Source: Patescibacteria group bacterium
Lineage (GTDB): Bacteria; Patescibacteriota; Dojkabacteria; GCA-002793355
Reading direction: 5' to 3'
NCBI GenBank assembly: GCA_016860985.1
Contig: BOKM01000001.1
Coordinates: 463,462 to 527,461, forward strand
Length of the DNA: 64,000 bases
Positions 38,067 through 47,972 of this stretch are shown here, piece after piece (position 1 is the first letter of the stretch; each line of letters starts with the position of its first letter). A program made the position numbers and the translations under genes. Under the pieces are notes generated by a model, which was not told the DNA's origin, made no database searches, and was given only the letters and a program-made list of their open reading frames with translations.

Positions 38067-39866
38067 CTATACTGCAAAGTTTCCAACTTCTGCCTCTGTT
38101 ACTTCTGCAAGATCTTCTCCTTTCATGGTAATTGAACATGTCTGCATACCTGCGTTAAACGACACCTGTTCGAGTTGCGCAATAGCGCTATCCATGTACA
38201 CTTTCATGCCCAAAAGATTGCCAAAAGGAGGGACTCCCCCAACTTTAATACCATAGGTCGCGAGAATGTTCTCTGGCTTCTCAAACTCTGCTTTTTCTCC
38301 AATGGCGGCAGTTACTGCTTCAAAGGATATTTTTTTATCGCCTGGAATAACTACCATAACCGGAGTATTGGTCTTTTTTCCAGAAAGAATAAGCGCCTTT
38401 GCTCCATTAGAGAGAGATGTTCCTCGAAGCGCTGCGGCCTCTTCACTTGTTCGCACAGCTTCGTGTTCAGAAAATTCGTATGCAACTGCACGGCTATCAA
38501 GTATTTTTTTAATTTTTGCCACAACTTCCTTATCAGAACCAAGCTTTTCCTTGATTCTATTTGCACCTGCGATTCTCTTGAGATCAGAAGGGAATAAGGT
38601 TGCCTCTCGGATATTTTGCAAGTTGAACAACTTCATGGTTAATCGCTCAAGTCCAAAAGAAAATCCTGCCTCTGAAGGCATTCCGTATTTAAAGGCTTGG
38701 AAATAGTGCTCGTAATACGCTTCAGACAAGCCTTGCTCTTTAAATCTTTCGAAAAGCTTTTCGTATTCGTGGATACGATGGGTACCTGAAAGCATTTCAA
38801 GACCTCTAAACTCAAGGTCAAAGCTAAGAGATTCCGAAGCTTCTTCTGGGTTATCCCATGTATAAAAGTTTTTGTTGCTTTTAAAGTTTACAACCCACAG
38901 AAAATCTGAACCTTTTTCCTCTAATGCCCACTTGCTAATCTCACGCTCGTCTTCCGGATCGAGGTCTAACTCCTCTCGTTCTGCTGACTTTCCGATTCTT
39001 CTTTCTATAATCTCCAAAGCTTCTCGAACTTTTATTTTCGGAAATCGACCATTTGGTAATTTGGGAAGCTCAACCCCATACAAGGCGAACACATCTTTTG
39101 AGGTCTCCACTACACCATCAACAATATGTCGAATAACATTTTCAGCAATCTGCATGGCCTCGTCGTAATTATCAATAAAGCCCATCTCCGCATCCATTTG
39201 CGTGAGTTCCATTATGTGGCGGGTAGTATTATGCTTCTCTGCTCGAAAAACGGGACCGACACAGAAAGCGCGTTCAAAGGCTGTAACCATAATTTGCTTA
39301 TAAACCTGTGGCGACTGCGCCAAATATGCTTTTCCTTCAAAGTAGTTCACTTCAAAAACACTTGCACCACTTTCAGACGGAGCACTCATAATTACCGGTG
39401 ACTTAAATTCGGTAAAACCTTGAGAGCGTAGAGATTCCGCAAACTTTTGTAAAATAACCGCTTGTACTTTAAAAATTGCTTGTTTTTTAAGATTTCTTAG
39501 CACCAAAGGTCTGTAATCCAACTCTGTGTCGATATTGACATCAATTGATTTTTTGTTGTACGAAACCGGTGGAACTTCCTTAATTGGGACCTTTATTTCG
39601 ACCGTAGGGTTAACTACTTCAACACCAATATCTGTTGAGTCAGTTTTTTTTACCGTTCCCACAACACGAACAACACTTCCGGGTTGCAACGACGCTAATT
39701 CTTTTAACGTATCTTTATTATCAACAACTACCTGAACTAAGCCACCTCGATCACGAACAATCAAGAAACCGAGTTTGCCTAACTCACGAAAGTTATGAAG
39801 CCACCCATCAAGGCGTACTTCTTTGCTCTCATATCCAGAGAGCTCTGTTGAAATAATACGTTCCAT
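38067..39866 (-). CDS. class IIb aspartyl/asparaginyl-tRNA synthetase fused to a C-terminal YbaK/ProX-like aminoacyl-tRNA deacylase domain
   Basis: OB anticodon-binding domain, QSPQVYKQ, FRAE (motif 2), and GFSFGLERLTM plus IREATLFPSD (motif 3). The C-terminal 140 aa match YbaK closely (YEFSEHE; GIKVGGVPPFG vs GYLVGGISPLG). Confidence 0.8.
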   Translation of the reverse strand: MERIISTELSGYESKEVRLDGWLHNFRELGKLGFLIVRDRGGLVQVVVDNKDTLKELASLQPGSVVRVVGTVKKTDSTDIGVEVVNPTVEIKVPIKEVPPVSYNKKSIDVNIDTELDYRPLVLRNLKKQAIFKVQAVILQKFAESLRSQGFTEFKSPVIMSAPSESGASVFEVNYFEGKAYLAQSPQVYKQIMVTAFERAFCVGPVFRAEKHNTTRHIMELTQMDAEMGFIDNYDEAMQIAENVIRHIVDGVVETSKDVFALYGVELPKLPNGRFPKIKVREALEIIERRIGKSAEREELDLDPEDEREISKWALEEKGSDFLWVVNFKSNKNFYTWDNPEEASESLSFDLEFRGLEMLSGTHRIHEYEKLFERFKEQGLSEAYYEHYFQAFKYGMPSEAGFSFGLERLTMKLFNLQNIREATLFPSDLKRIAGANRIKEKLGSDKEVVAKIKKILDSRAVAYEFSEHEAVRTSEEAAALRGTSLSNGAKALILSGKKTNTPVMVVIPGDKKISFEAVTAAIGEKAEFEKPENILATYGIKVGGVPPFGNLLGMKVYMDSAIAQLEQVSFNAGMQTCSITMKGEDLAEVTEAEVGNFAV

Positions 39867-40057
39867 GGGGAATTATAACGCAACACAATCGAGAATGAAA
39901 TAAACGTTGACCTGCCCACTGCCGCACGAAGTCGTATAATACGAGTATGGTTTATCATTCAGCAACAAAAGAGAATTGCGAACTCGTACTCCCTCCCTTA
40001 TCACTTAACTAAAAACCTTTTCAGTTGAATCAGCCAAAATTCGGTGCAAAATATAGT

Positions 40058-40765
40058 ATGGAGACAATTAAACTACACTATTTTCAAAAAGAGTTATTAA
40101 AGAAACTCACACTTTCTGCCAAAGGACTTCGGTTCAACGAACTACTGATCGAAGGACTGGAAAGTGAGCACATGAATTACCATCTACAAAAACTTATTGA
40201 GTTCGAGCTGGTACAGAAACAAGAGCAATACTATCAACTAACAGATGAAGGAAAAGACTACTCGAATCAGCTTGATGACAATGTCGACGTTGTCGAAAAA
40301 CAGCCAAAGACATCGGTTCTGCTGGTAGTTGTTCGATACAACAAAGAAAAGAAAGAGGAAGAATACCTTGTGAATAAACGACTACGCCAACCATATTACG
40401 GAAAGGTAGGATTACTCACAGGGAAAGTCCGTTTCGGTGAATCTTTGGAACAAGCAGTCAAGAGAGAACTCTACGAAGAATCAGGGCTTTCTGCCGGGTT
40501 AGTAAAACTACTCAGCATTTATCACAAAATACGAACAAAAGGTGTGGAAACCGTTCAAGATGTAATCTTTTACAGGCATTTAGTCACAGAAATTTCTGGA
40601 GACCTCATCACTAAAACTGCGTTTCAAGAAAATTTTTGGGCAACTGCAAAAGAGCTGCAACAAAGAGACGATCGATACGATACCTTTCAGTTGAAATCAA
40701 CCGAGGCATACTTACAAGATATGCTCACGTACACAGAGGACATAGGAGTTGCAAAAGATTTTTAA
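40058..40765 (+). CDS. NUDIX hydrolase with an N-terminal winged-helix domain
   Basis: Nudix box GKVRFGESLEQAVKRELYEESGL preceded by about 90 aa of HTH-like sequence. The start is set at the first ATG because the ORF-track start is TTG. Confidence 0.55.
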   Translation: METIKLHYFQKELLKKLTLSAKGLRFNELLIEGLESEHMNYHLQKLIEFELVQKQEQYYQLTDEGKDYSNQLDDNVDVVEKQPKTSVLLVVVRYNKEKKEEEYLVNKRLRQPYYGKVGLLTGKVRFGESLEQAVKRELYEESGLSAGLVKLLSIYHKIRTKGVETVQDVIFYRHLVTEISGDLITKTAFQENFWATAKELQQRDDRYDTFQLKSTEAYLQDMLTYTEDIGVAKDF

Positions 40766-41541
40766 ATAGCTAGATCAACAAGCAATGCTTTGTGGTCACT
40801 AATTGGAACTTTGAACATTCGCTTCCGTACGATTTTCATTCCTTCTGGGATAAGTATATGATCAAGTTGCTGGTGAAATGGGTAATTGGTCGTTTTAAGG
40901 TGTGCAAAGGGATTTTGTAGGTGATAGTCTTTCACGATTTTGTTTACTTCTTTTCGCTCATCATAAAAGTAATCACCCAATGTGTAACCACATGCCCATC
41001 CGGCAATTATTTTAAACATCATGTCGCTTACAATGTTGAAATCACCACAAAAGATAGTCCTTCCGTCGGCAAAGCGCTGAAGCATCTTAGTTAACTGACT
41101 TATTCTAACTCGTGGACCGCAGGCAGTAGAAAGATGTAGGTTAACTACTCTGTATTTCTCGCCATTTCGACGAAATGTGGTCACAAGGCCCTCGTGCCGC
41201 TCGCGTAATTTTGCAACTTTTTGATAGATAAATGCCCACGGCACAGCTATAGGTGAATCATAGTATCGTGCCTTCTCAACAGAGATAATACTCTGAGCAC
41301 TTCTCACGCCGGTTGTGACAAAACCCGTTTGCCCTCCGATATGTTGATAGTCAGCAACTTGTCCAGTCTTGTATCCAAGCTTGGTAAGATGATCAATTCT
41401 TGACTGCAAAACCTCTTGCAGACAGACAATATCGGGCAATCTTCGGTGAGTCATACGTAAGGCAAGCTTCCCAAACGGATTTTTTCTTCCGACATTCAGA
41501 CTTACAATTCGTAACGGTTTTTGTTCCATAGCAATAGACAC
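40762..41541 (-). CDS. endonuclease/exonuclease/phosphatase (EEP) family nuclease, exodeoxyribonuclease III-like
   Basis: LRIVSLNV...PDIVCLQEV N-terminus typical of the Xth/EEP fold, with C-terminal D..H catalytic residues. Confidence 0.65.
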   Translation of the reverse strand: MSIAMEQKPLRIVSLNVGRKNPFGKLALRMTHRRLPDIVCLQEVLQSRIDHLTKLGYKTGQVADYQHIGGQTGFVTTGVRSAQSIISVEKARYYDSPIAVPWAFIYQKVAKLRERHEGLVTTFRRNGEKYRVVNLHLSTACGPRVRISQLTKMLQRFADGRTIFCGDFNIVSDMMFKIIAGWACGYTLGDYFYDERKEVNKIVKDYHLQNPFAHLKTTNYPFHQQLDHILIPEGMKIVRKRMFKVPISDHKALLVDLAI

Positions 41542-41546
41542 CGATT

Positions 41547-42359
41547 TTACCGTGGCTGAAAGAGATTTTCCAGCTTGTTAACAAAAGACGCAGCGTTTTT
41601 TGCAGAAAAACCAAAGCGCAGCCAGATACCTATTGAAAATACGAATACCGCAAAAAGGAACTCAACCCTGCCGTACGTCCAAAGAAGAGAGATAAAGGCA
41701 AGGAACAAAAAAAAGTTCCCAAAAACGCTTAAGCCCCTAGATGAGTAATTGCCAATCAAAAAAGTACGCTTCCTCCCTCCTTGTAGTTTTCCCAACTGTT
41801 TTTCTGCATGTAAAAAGCATGCAACAAAATACATCAGCGACAAAAAAGGAAGATAAGGGAGAAGTGTTGTAATTGCAACCCCACACAAAGAAAGTGCGGT
41901 AAGGTACTTAATAGGATGAGTGAAAGAAATAAACAGCAACTCAAGATACGGAACACCTTTCATTGCCCAAGAGTAAAATATATTAATTCCAAGAAGGAGC
42001 AGCATGTATCCAAGCATTTGCAAGGAAAACCACCCAACATACCCTAATGTAACCGCAATTAATACAACTGCTGCAAACGTTGCTGTTTTTCGGTTTAATC
42101 TATTAGAAGCAATCAATCTAGACTTGTTATGGTAATCTCTTCGATCTCCTTTGTAATCGGCTATGTCATTCAGCAAATACACTGCCCCATAAAAAAGTAG
42201 ATAGGCGAAAACTGCAACCGTATGCTTCCAATCAAATTGTGAATGACTCCAAAACAGGGCGAGTCCAATAAAAAAACTGGGATGAGAAGTAAATATTCGT
42301 TCTGGCTTTAAGGCAGGAAGTAACAAACCTACTTGCGTCATATTCGAACGATAACACAA
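41547..42359 (-). CDS. UbiA-family prenyltransferase (polyprenyl-phosphate pentose transferase-like)
   Basis: NDIADYKGDRRD Asp-rich motif and polytopic membrane topology. Confidence 0.55.
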   Translation of the reverse strand: MCYRSNMTQVGLLLPALKPERIFTSHPSFFIGLALFWSHSQFDWKHTVAVFAYLLFYGAVYLLNDIADYKGDRRDYHNKSRLIASNRLNRKTATFAAVVLIAVTLGYVGWFSLQMLGYMLLLLGINIFYSWAMKGVPYLELLFISFTHPIKYLTALSLCGVAITTLLPYLPFLSLMYFVACFLHAEKQLGKLQGGRKRTFLIGNYSSRGLSVFGNFFLFLAFISLLWTYGRVEFLFAVFVFSIGIWLRFGFSAKNAASFVNKLENLFQPR

Positions 42360-42377
42360 CCGCTATAATACGTACAT

Positions 42378-43025
42378 ATGCAAAAGGTTACCATCTACGA
42401 GCTCTACGATATTCTGGAACGCGCGACCAAAGGGTTTCCAGAACCACTTGCCGAACACGTATTTCATTGGACAAAATCACCCTTTTTCACCCTTGTATCC
42501 ACAGTACTTTCAGCTCGAACAAAAGATAGCCTTACAATTACAAAACTCCCCGATTTATGGAGCACTGCGAAAACTCCGCTCGAGTTTTCGCAGCTCACCA
42601 CAGAACGACTCGAGCCAATGCTCCGCCCCATCGGTTTTTACAAAACGAAGGCACATCATTTAATCGACCTCGGAGCGATTGTTCACCAGCAATACAACGA
42701 TGTCGTCCCTTCTAATATGGAAGATTTACTTAAACTTCCAGGAGTTGGAAGAAAAACGGCGAATTTGCAGCTTTCTGTTGTTAATAATATTCCTGCAATT
42801 TGTGTTGATACTCATGTTCACCGCATCATGAATCACATTGGGTACGTTAAAACCAATACTCCTGAACAAACGGAATTTGCGCTACGAAAAAAACTTCCTA
42901 TGGATTTATGGAACAAAACTAACTACCTTCTTGTACTCACTGGGCAAAATCTAGCAAATCACATTCAGATTAAAGATCCCAACAACATACTAAACACCTA
43001 CGAGCTTATCGAGCGAGTCCGCTAA
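42378..43025 (+). CDS. HhH-GPD base-excision DNA glycosylase (endonuclease III-like, apparently without the C-terminal 4Fe-4S loop)
   Basis: HhH-GPD LPGVGRKTANL...CVDTHVHRI. No terminal Cys cluster. Confidence 0.65.
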   Translation: MQKVTIYELYDILERATKGFPEPLAEHVFHWTKSPFFTLVSTVLSARTKDSLTITKLPDLWSTAKTPLEFSQLTTERLEPMLRPIGFYKTKAHHLIDLGAIVHQQYNDVVPSNMEDLLKLPGVGRKTANLQLSVVNNIPAICVDTHVHRIMNHIGYVKTNTPEQTEFALRKKLPMDLWNKTNYLLVLTGQNLANHIQIKDPNNILNTYELIERVR

Positions 43026-43893
43026 AAAGCGCGACTCCTGCCACCAACAACGATAACAAGAGCAAGAGAAAGAGCACAAGACCTAGCCGGTGATGCAAAA
43101 AGAAAGCAAACCCATCTTCGGCAATATCCTTTCTGTTTTCTGCAAAGCACATATATTCATGCACTACTAACAAAACGAGAAAGTACAGGACATCCGTATA
43201 GACCAAAGGCAACGCGACCACCGACATTGCAAGAAAATAAAATATTACGGATACCATCATAAAAAAAGTCATGAGAAATTTCAGTGCACGAGGTGAGTAT
43301 TTCTTAATTACAGGTCGAGCCGCAACATTATTAACCGCGACTTCGGCAAGTCGTTGAACGGTAAGTATAAAAAGGAATAGTGCCATAACCGCACCAACCA
43401 AAAACCAATTCACTGCGACTCCAAGAAGAAAAAAACCGGAAGCGGCACGAATCCCCGCAAATAATGCGACAAAAACAATATCAACATACGGAATATGCTT
43501 TATGTAGTAGGTGTAAAGCAAGTTTAACAACACATACCCAAACAAAAGAGCCGTAAATTGGACATTTGCAAGTAACCCCACTAAAACAAGAACCAAACCT
43601 GAAAGTAGTACCATAAGGCTCGCGACCTCAAAAGGAGTAAGTACACCAGAAGCGAGTGGTCGCAACTTTTTTACAGGGTGTTGTCTATCGCGTTCTATAT
43701 CGCCAAGGTCGTTAATGATGTAAACTATACTACTCGACAATGCAAACGCGATTGCTCCTGCAAGAACTAAACTAAAAGAACCTACCGATTGATGTTGCAG
43801 AAAAAGGAGAACAGAAAAGACAAGAAGGGCCTTATACCACTGATGCCAGCGAAGTTGCCTAAGAATATCGTACGTTTTTACGAAAAGTTGCAT
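43006..43893 (-). CDS. UbiA-family decaprenyl-phosphate phosphoribosyltransferase-like enzyme (DPPR synthase-like)
   Basis: NDLGDIERDRQHPVKKLRPLASG matches the DPPR synthase motif NDxxDxxxDRxHPxKxxRPxAxG. The start could be as far upstream as 43938. Confidence 0.6.
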   Translation of the reverse strand: MQLFVKTYDILRQLRWHQWYKALLVFSVLLFLQHQSVGSFSLVLAGAIAFALSSSIVYIINDLGDIERDRQHPVKKLRPLASGVLTPFEVASLMVLLSGLVLVLVGLLANVQFTALLFGYVLLNLLYTYYIKHIPYVDIVFVALFAGIRAASGFFLLGVAVNWFLVGAVMALFLFILTVQRLAEVAVNNVAARPVIKKYSPRALKFLMTFFMMVSVIFYFLAMSVVALPLVYTDVLYFLVLLVVHEYMCFAENRKDIAEDGFAFFLHHRLGLVLFLLLLLSLLVAGVALFSGLAR

Positions 43894-44385
43894 TTTATTG
43901 ATATAAAATATACTACTCTCGTTTTCACGACAGTACAAAAGTATACCTTTCTTCGCATAGCGAGTAAAGTTATTGCCGAAATCTCCAATGGGCCAGCACT
44001 TCCCTTGTTTTTAATTCTCTATTGGTTATACGGTAATCCATCTGCATTTACGTTCTCTGCGTACATAATTTTTTGGGTTCTATACCACGAATTCGGAGTA
44101 AAAGAGCTCTTTCAGCGAAGTCGCCCAGATACAGCCGGGCAGCAAAAAGGGTTTTCCTTTCCCTCTTCCCACTCTTTCGCCTCTGGATTAATACTCACCA
44201 GTTGTATCTTCTTTTCACTTCCCTACGAACCAATAATAATGGCTTTTGCGGTACTCAACGCGATTAATCGACCTGCGATTGGCGTACATTATATCGCTGA
44301 TGTAGTTGCAGGCCTCTCACTTGGGGTAATCGCGGGCTTAGGCTGGCCGTTTATCCTAGAAATTGCAAGGGTAGCTCTACCGTAA
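43846..44385 (+). CDS. PAP2-family phosphatase (phosphatidic acid phosphatase type 2)
   Basis: PAP2 motifs RSRPDTAG...PSSHS...HYIADVVAG. The start is uncertain because the ORF-track ORF overlaps the divergent UbiA gene. Confidence 0.55.
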   Translation, partial: PAKLPKNIVRFYEKLHFIDIKYTTLVFTTVQKYTFLRIASKVIAEISNGPALPLFLILYWLYGNPSAFTFSAYIIFWVLYHEFGVKELFQRSRPDTAGQQKGFSFPSSHSFASGLILTSCIFFSLPYEPIIMAFAVLNAINRPAIGVHYIADVVAGLSLGVIAGLGWPFILEIARVALP

Positions 44386-45856
44386 TTACCTGTTTTCCAG
44401 ACTCCACTACGACTTCGTCTGCTTTGTAAGCCATAGACATCCCGACTGGATCAAAGAAAGGCATAAAAAGAACAACCGTATCCTTTGCAGATGATTCTGC
44501 GAATTTCTCAATTGTGGAAGCCAGACGTCGAGGGTCTTTCGGTTTAGCAAATAACACCCCAAAGGTTATGTCACCGCGCTCAAACACAATATCGACCTTA
44601 TGACCTGAATAATTCTGCCAATAGGTAATTTGGGGCACGTGTGCCAAAAGACTAAAGCCAGAGAGCATCGTACTTAACAGCCATGTTCCAACAATTCTTG
44701 AATAGGTATCTGGCCTGAGCATCTCTTGCATCGACGTCACATACGATAAATTGTTCAGAATTCCGGAATCAAGATAGTACATCACCACACTTTTAGTTGC
44801 ATCTTCATCCCCCCCACTTGTTAAGGGATATACCTTTTTGATCAAATAAGTGTTTTCGAGCAAATCGAGATATTTGTACAAACTTGGACGAGAAATACCA
44901 ACATCCTTGCTCACTTGATTGATATTAAGCGTAGAACCGTTTTGCTGCGCAAAAGACTGCAAACTGAGCCCAAACAATTCCAAATCAAGGTTACGGGCTA
45001 ACGTCCCAATTTCTTTTTCCATATACACGTCAATATAGTTTTTGATCATTCGAACACGTTCCTCAATAGTACTCGTAATTACGCGCGGAAGCCCACCATA
45101 AAAAAGCGTTTCGACCACACTGGCAGTTGCTTCTCTCACTATTGGTGCCAATTGTCGGTGATATTCAGGAAATTTTTGTTCGAAGTATTGCTTTATTTCA
45201 GAAAAGATTTCTTCTTTTGACTTACTCGCCGAGAGTTGCGAGAGTATTGAATCCGCAGAAGAATCAGCTGCTTCCCCACCTGAAATCGAGTCAACTTTCT
45301 GTATAAGGTCAAGAAAGAAGTGTTGCCGAACGCCTGTTTTTGCCTGCAACAACTCGCTATACACAAAGGGATAAACGTTAATATACTCCACTCTACCGGC
45401 AAGAGTTTCACTTGCAACAGAGGTAATTGATATTGCAGAAGACCCAGAGAGTACAAATTTTACATGCTCACTATTTGCATCAAAAATCTGCTTAATCCAG
45501 TCAAAAAGGGAAGGCATTTTTTGCACTTCATCTATAAAAATGAAAACTCGTTGCTCTGTCTTTTCGAGCGTTTCTCCCAACGATAATTCGATATCTTTTT
45601 GAATAAAGCGAATATCTTTTTTTAGTGCGCTTCGTAGCTGCAAATCATCCAAAATATAGGTAAAAACATTTCTGGCAAGAACAATTCCACCGGCCTCTTT
45701 GTTTTTCTCCTGCTCTTGAAGCTCAACTTTTGCCTGTGCTTGTTGCATTAAAGTCGTCTTTCCCACCTGTCGTGGACCAATTACCATTGTTATCAAGCCT
45801 GAAGAAATTGACTTTTCTAACCGTTCTTCTACAAATCGTGTGATATAACCTTTCAT
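44351..45856 (-). CDS. AAA+ ATPase of the DUF4143 type
   Basis: Walker A GPRQVGKTTL followed by a Walker B IDEVQ. Start set at the internal MKGYITRF. Confidence 0.6.
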   Translation of the reverse strand: MKGYITRFVEERLEKSISSGLITMVIGPRQVGKTTLMQQAQAKVELQEQEKNKEAGGIVLARNVFTYILDDLQLRSALKKDIRFIQKDIELSLGETLEKTEQRVFIFIDEVQKMPSLFDWIKQIFDANSEHVKFVLSGSSAISITSVASETLAGRVEYINVYPFVYSELLQAKTGVRQHFFLDLIQKVDSISGGEAADSSADSILSQLSASKSKEEIFSEIKQYFEQKFPEYHRQLAPIVREATASVVETLFYGGLPRVITSTIEERVRMIKNYIDVYMEKEIGTLARNLDLELFGLSLQSFAQQNGSTLNINQVSKDVGISRPSLYKYLDLLENTYLIKKVYPLTSGGDEDATKSVVMYYLDSGILNNLSYVTSMQEMLRPDTYSRIVGTWLLSTMLSGFSLLAHVPQITYWQNYSGHKVDIVFERGDITFGVLFAKPKDPRRLASTIEKFAESSAKDTVVLFMPFFDPVGMSMAYKADEVVVESGKQVITVELPLQFLG

Positions 45857-45899
45857 ACAAAGAATGTAACAGGTGTTTACAAATTTAGCAAGAACTTTG

Positions 45900-46382
45900 C
45901 TAGTAACCAGTACAAGGAATCTGAACACTCCGGCTTACGGTTCCACCTGCAGCAACCGCGCTACTTGCCCCAATACCCTTAGAATTTCCAACTTTTTTAC
46001 CATATGCATCGTAGGCTGTTACGGTTTGAATTGCCATTGCTCGCCCTTTGTACGTTGTTTTTAACTGGTGAGTAAAGCTACTCGGAACGGCAGTCTTTTT
46101 GAATGAGGTTGTGGAGGAACCCCATTGAACGGATGTACTATCGGCATTAACCCATTTTGAATACACGGTGTAGGAAGCTATTTTCGAATTGCATCCAGTT
46201 TTGTTCAGGGTAGGTTTAACTTGCACATTATAGTAATACGTTGTTGCAGCCTCTGGTTCTACCTCAAATAAAGGATTTTGCACCACATACACTAGTCCAA
46301 ACATAGCGACAACCGACACAAATACGCCAAGAAACAACTTCAAGCTATTTTTCTTTGTAAAAGTGAATGTTTTTGCTTTCAT
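45900..46382 (-). CDS. hypothetical secreted/anchored protein
   Basis: N-terminal transmembrane/signal segment, then a beta-rich domain. Confidence 0.35.
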   Translation of the reverse strand: MKAKTFTFTKKNSLKLFLGVFVSVVAMFGLVYVVQNPLFEVEPEAATTYYYNVQVKPTLNKTGCNSKIASYTVYSKWVNADSTSVQWGSSTTSFKKTAVPSSFTHQLKTTYKGRAMAIQTVTAYDAYGKKVGNSKGIGASSAVAAGGTVSRSVQIPCTGY

Positions 46383-46436
46383 ATATCATTATACACTTCT
46401 CTTTTAATCTCCCGTTTTTTGCATTACAATGGGCAT

Positions 46437-47972
46437 ATGAAACAGTCCCGAGCAAAAATTTTGCTCTTTTTATTACTCTCCGCAATTGCGATTCCGCTCA
46501 CAATAGTCGCATTACAACGCTTTAACATCTTTAATCCAAACGCAGCGGGTGCAACACCAGAACTTGTAATCATTTCGAACCTTACCGATGTCACTGCCTC
46601 AATTTCCTGGACTTCTGGAGAATCCGCAACACTCACAAACCTCCATTGGGGAGAGTCCACCTTACTGGGTAATGTTGAATCTGATTTGCGCGATAAACGT
46701 GACAAAACGACCAAATTGCGCACCACTCATTACGTGCAACTCACAGGATTACAGCCCAATACAACCTATTACTATCGAATAATTTCGGGCGAAACGACAT
46801 ACCCCGCAGAAGACCAGCCTCCTGCTACCTTTAAAACACTGGCTAGATCGTCAGCTACCCAACCGCTTTCGCTTACCGCCTACGGAGATATTGAAACACA
46901 AGAAGAAGACGTCGTTGTTATCGCCTATATTCCAGGAAAAACCGCCTATGCCGGAATTATTCCCCTCTCCACGGTACTCAACGACGATGGTACATGGCTA
47001 CTCAATGTTGCCTCCGCACGGAATACCGACGGAACTTATGTAGATCCAGCCGAGAATGGAGAGATTGCCCTACTTACCATTGGAGCCCAAGGAAAAGGCT
47101 CAATAAAAACATATTCAATTGCAGACAGCCCGCTCTCTTTAAACGCAACTGCAACACTAACACAAAGCGGACTAGACTCCATACTTCTTTCTGCGCCTAT
47201 CACCACGACTCCTACACCTACCAATACTCCAACCACCACGACCAAACCACGACAAGACGTTCCCCTCAGACCTCCAGGCTCAACAGTAACAGTTACACCC
47301 ACGACCTCAGGTACTGTGACTCCAACACCGACGACCACCATTCCACAATCAAATATTTCAAAGAGCCAACTCCTGGCATCTTTTGCCTCGCCTTCAGTAT
47401 CAAACGTGACCGACAGCTCACTTAGTATCATGTTTCTTACCACCACAAAAATTGTTGGAACTTTAAACTGGGGCACGAGTTCAACTTCGCTCACATCAAA
47501 CCGCCTTGATGACCGAGATACCTCGGCAGCAACCGCTCGATACATCCACCACTACACACTAACGGGACTTACAGCCAACAAACAGTACTTCTTTAAACCA
47601 ACCGCCGACCCAACAACTCGTACCTTTACAACTCCAGCCAAAATCGCGACGCCTTCGGGGCAAACCATTATTACCGGTAGTCTTACAAATGGGTCGGGAG
47701 AATGCTTAGTAAGAACTCAAATCCAGCGAAATTCGGTCTATTCTTCTGTAATAACGACCTTACCAAACTCGCTCAACTCATGGGCAGTAAATGTAATGCC
47801 TGTTCGAACTGCTGCACTTGATACCTTTATGATACCAGTCGCAACCGACACAGTACTTACAAACGCGTTTTGCTTTGAATCTAATGGCGATGTGTACTAC
47901 CAAGCAGATGCCACAACGGTACAACAAGCTGTAACAAGCGGGATTTCAATGACTTTGGTTAAACTTCAGTAG
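46437..47972 (+). CDS. secreted protein with two fibronectin-III-like (purple-acid-phosphatase N-terminal-like) domains and a Thr/Pro linker
   Basis: Signal peptide. Two domains end in ...YYYRI and ...YFFKP after W.tS patterns. TPTPTNTPTTTT linker. Confidence 0.45.
   Translation: MKQSRAKILLFLLLSAIAIPLTIVALQRFNIFNPNAAGATPELVIISNLTDVTASISWTSGESATLTNLHWGESTLLGNVESDLRDKRDKTTKLRTTHYVQLTGLQPNTTYYYRIISGETTYPAEDQPPATFKTLARSSATQPLSLTAYGDIETQEEDVVVIAYIPGKTAYAGIIPLSTVLNDDGTWLLNVASARNTDGTYVDPAENGEIALLTIGAQGKGSIKTYSIADSPLSLNATATLTQSGLDSILLSAPITTTPTPTNTPTTTTKPRQDVPLRPPGSTVTVTPTTSGTVTPTPTTTIPQSNISKSQLLASFASPSVSNVTDSSLSIMFLTTTKIVGTLNWGTSSTSLTSNRLDDRDTSAATARYIHHYTLTGLTANKQYFFKPTADPTTRTFTTPAKIATPSGQTIITGSLTNGSGECLVRTQIQRNSVYSSVITTLPNSLNSWAVNVMPVRTAALDTFMIPVATDTVLTNAFCFESNGDVYYQADATTVQQAVTSGISMTLVKLQ

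Noticed and set aside
39867-40024. Promoter-like TTGACC...TATAAT in the asxS/NUDIX intergenic region
   Set aside because: The spacer between the -35-like and -10-like hexamers is about 22 nt, outside the functional 16-19 nt range. Not called.
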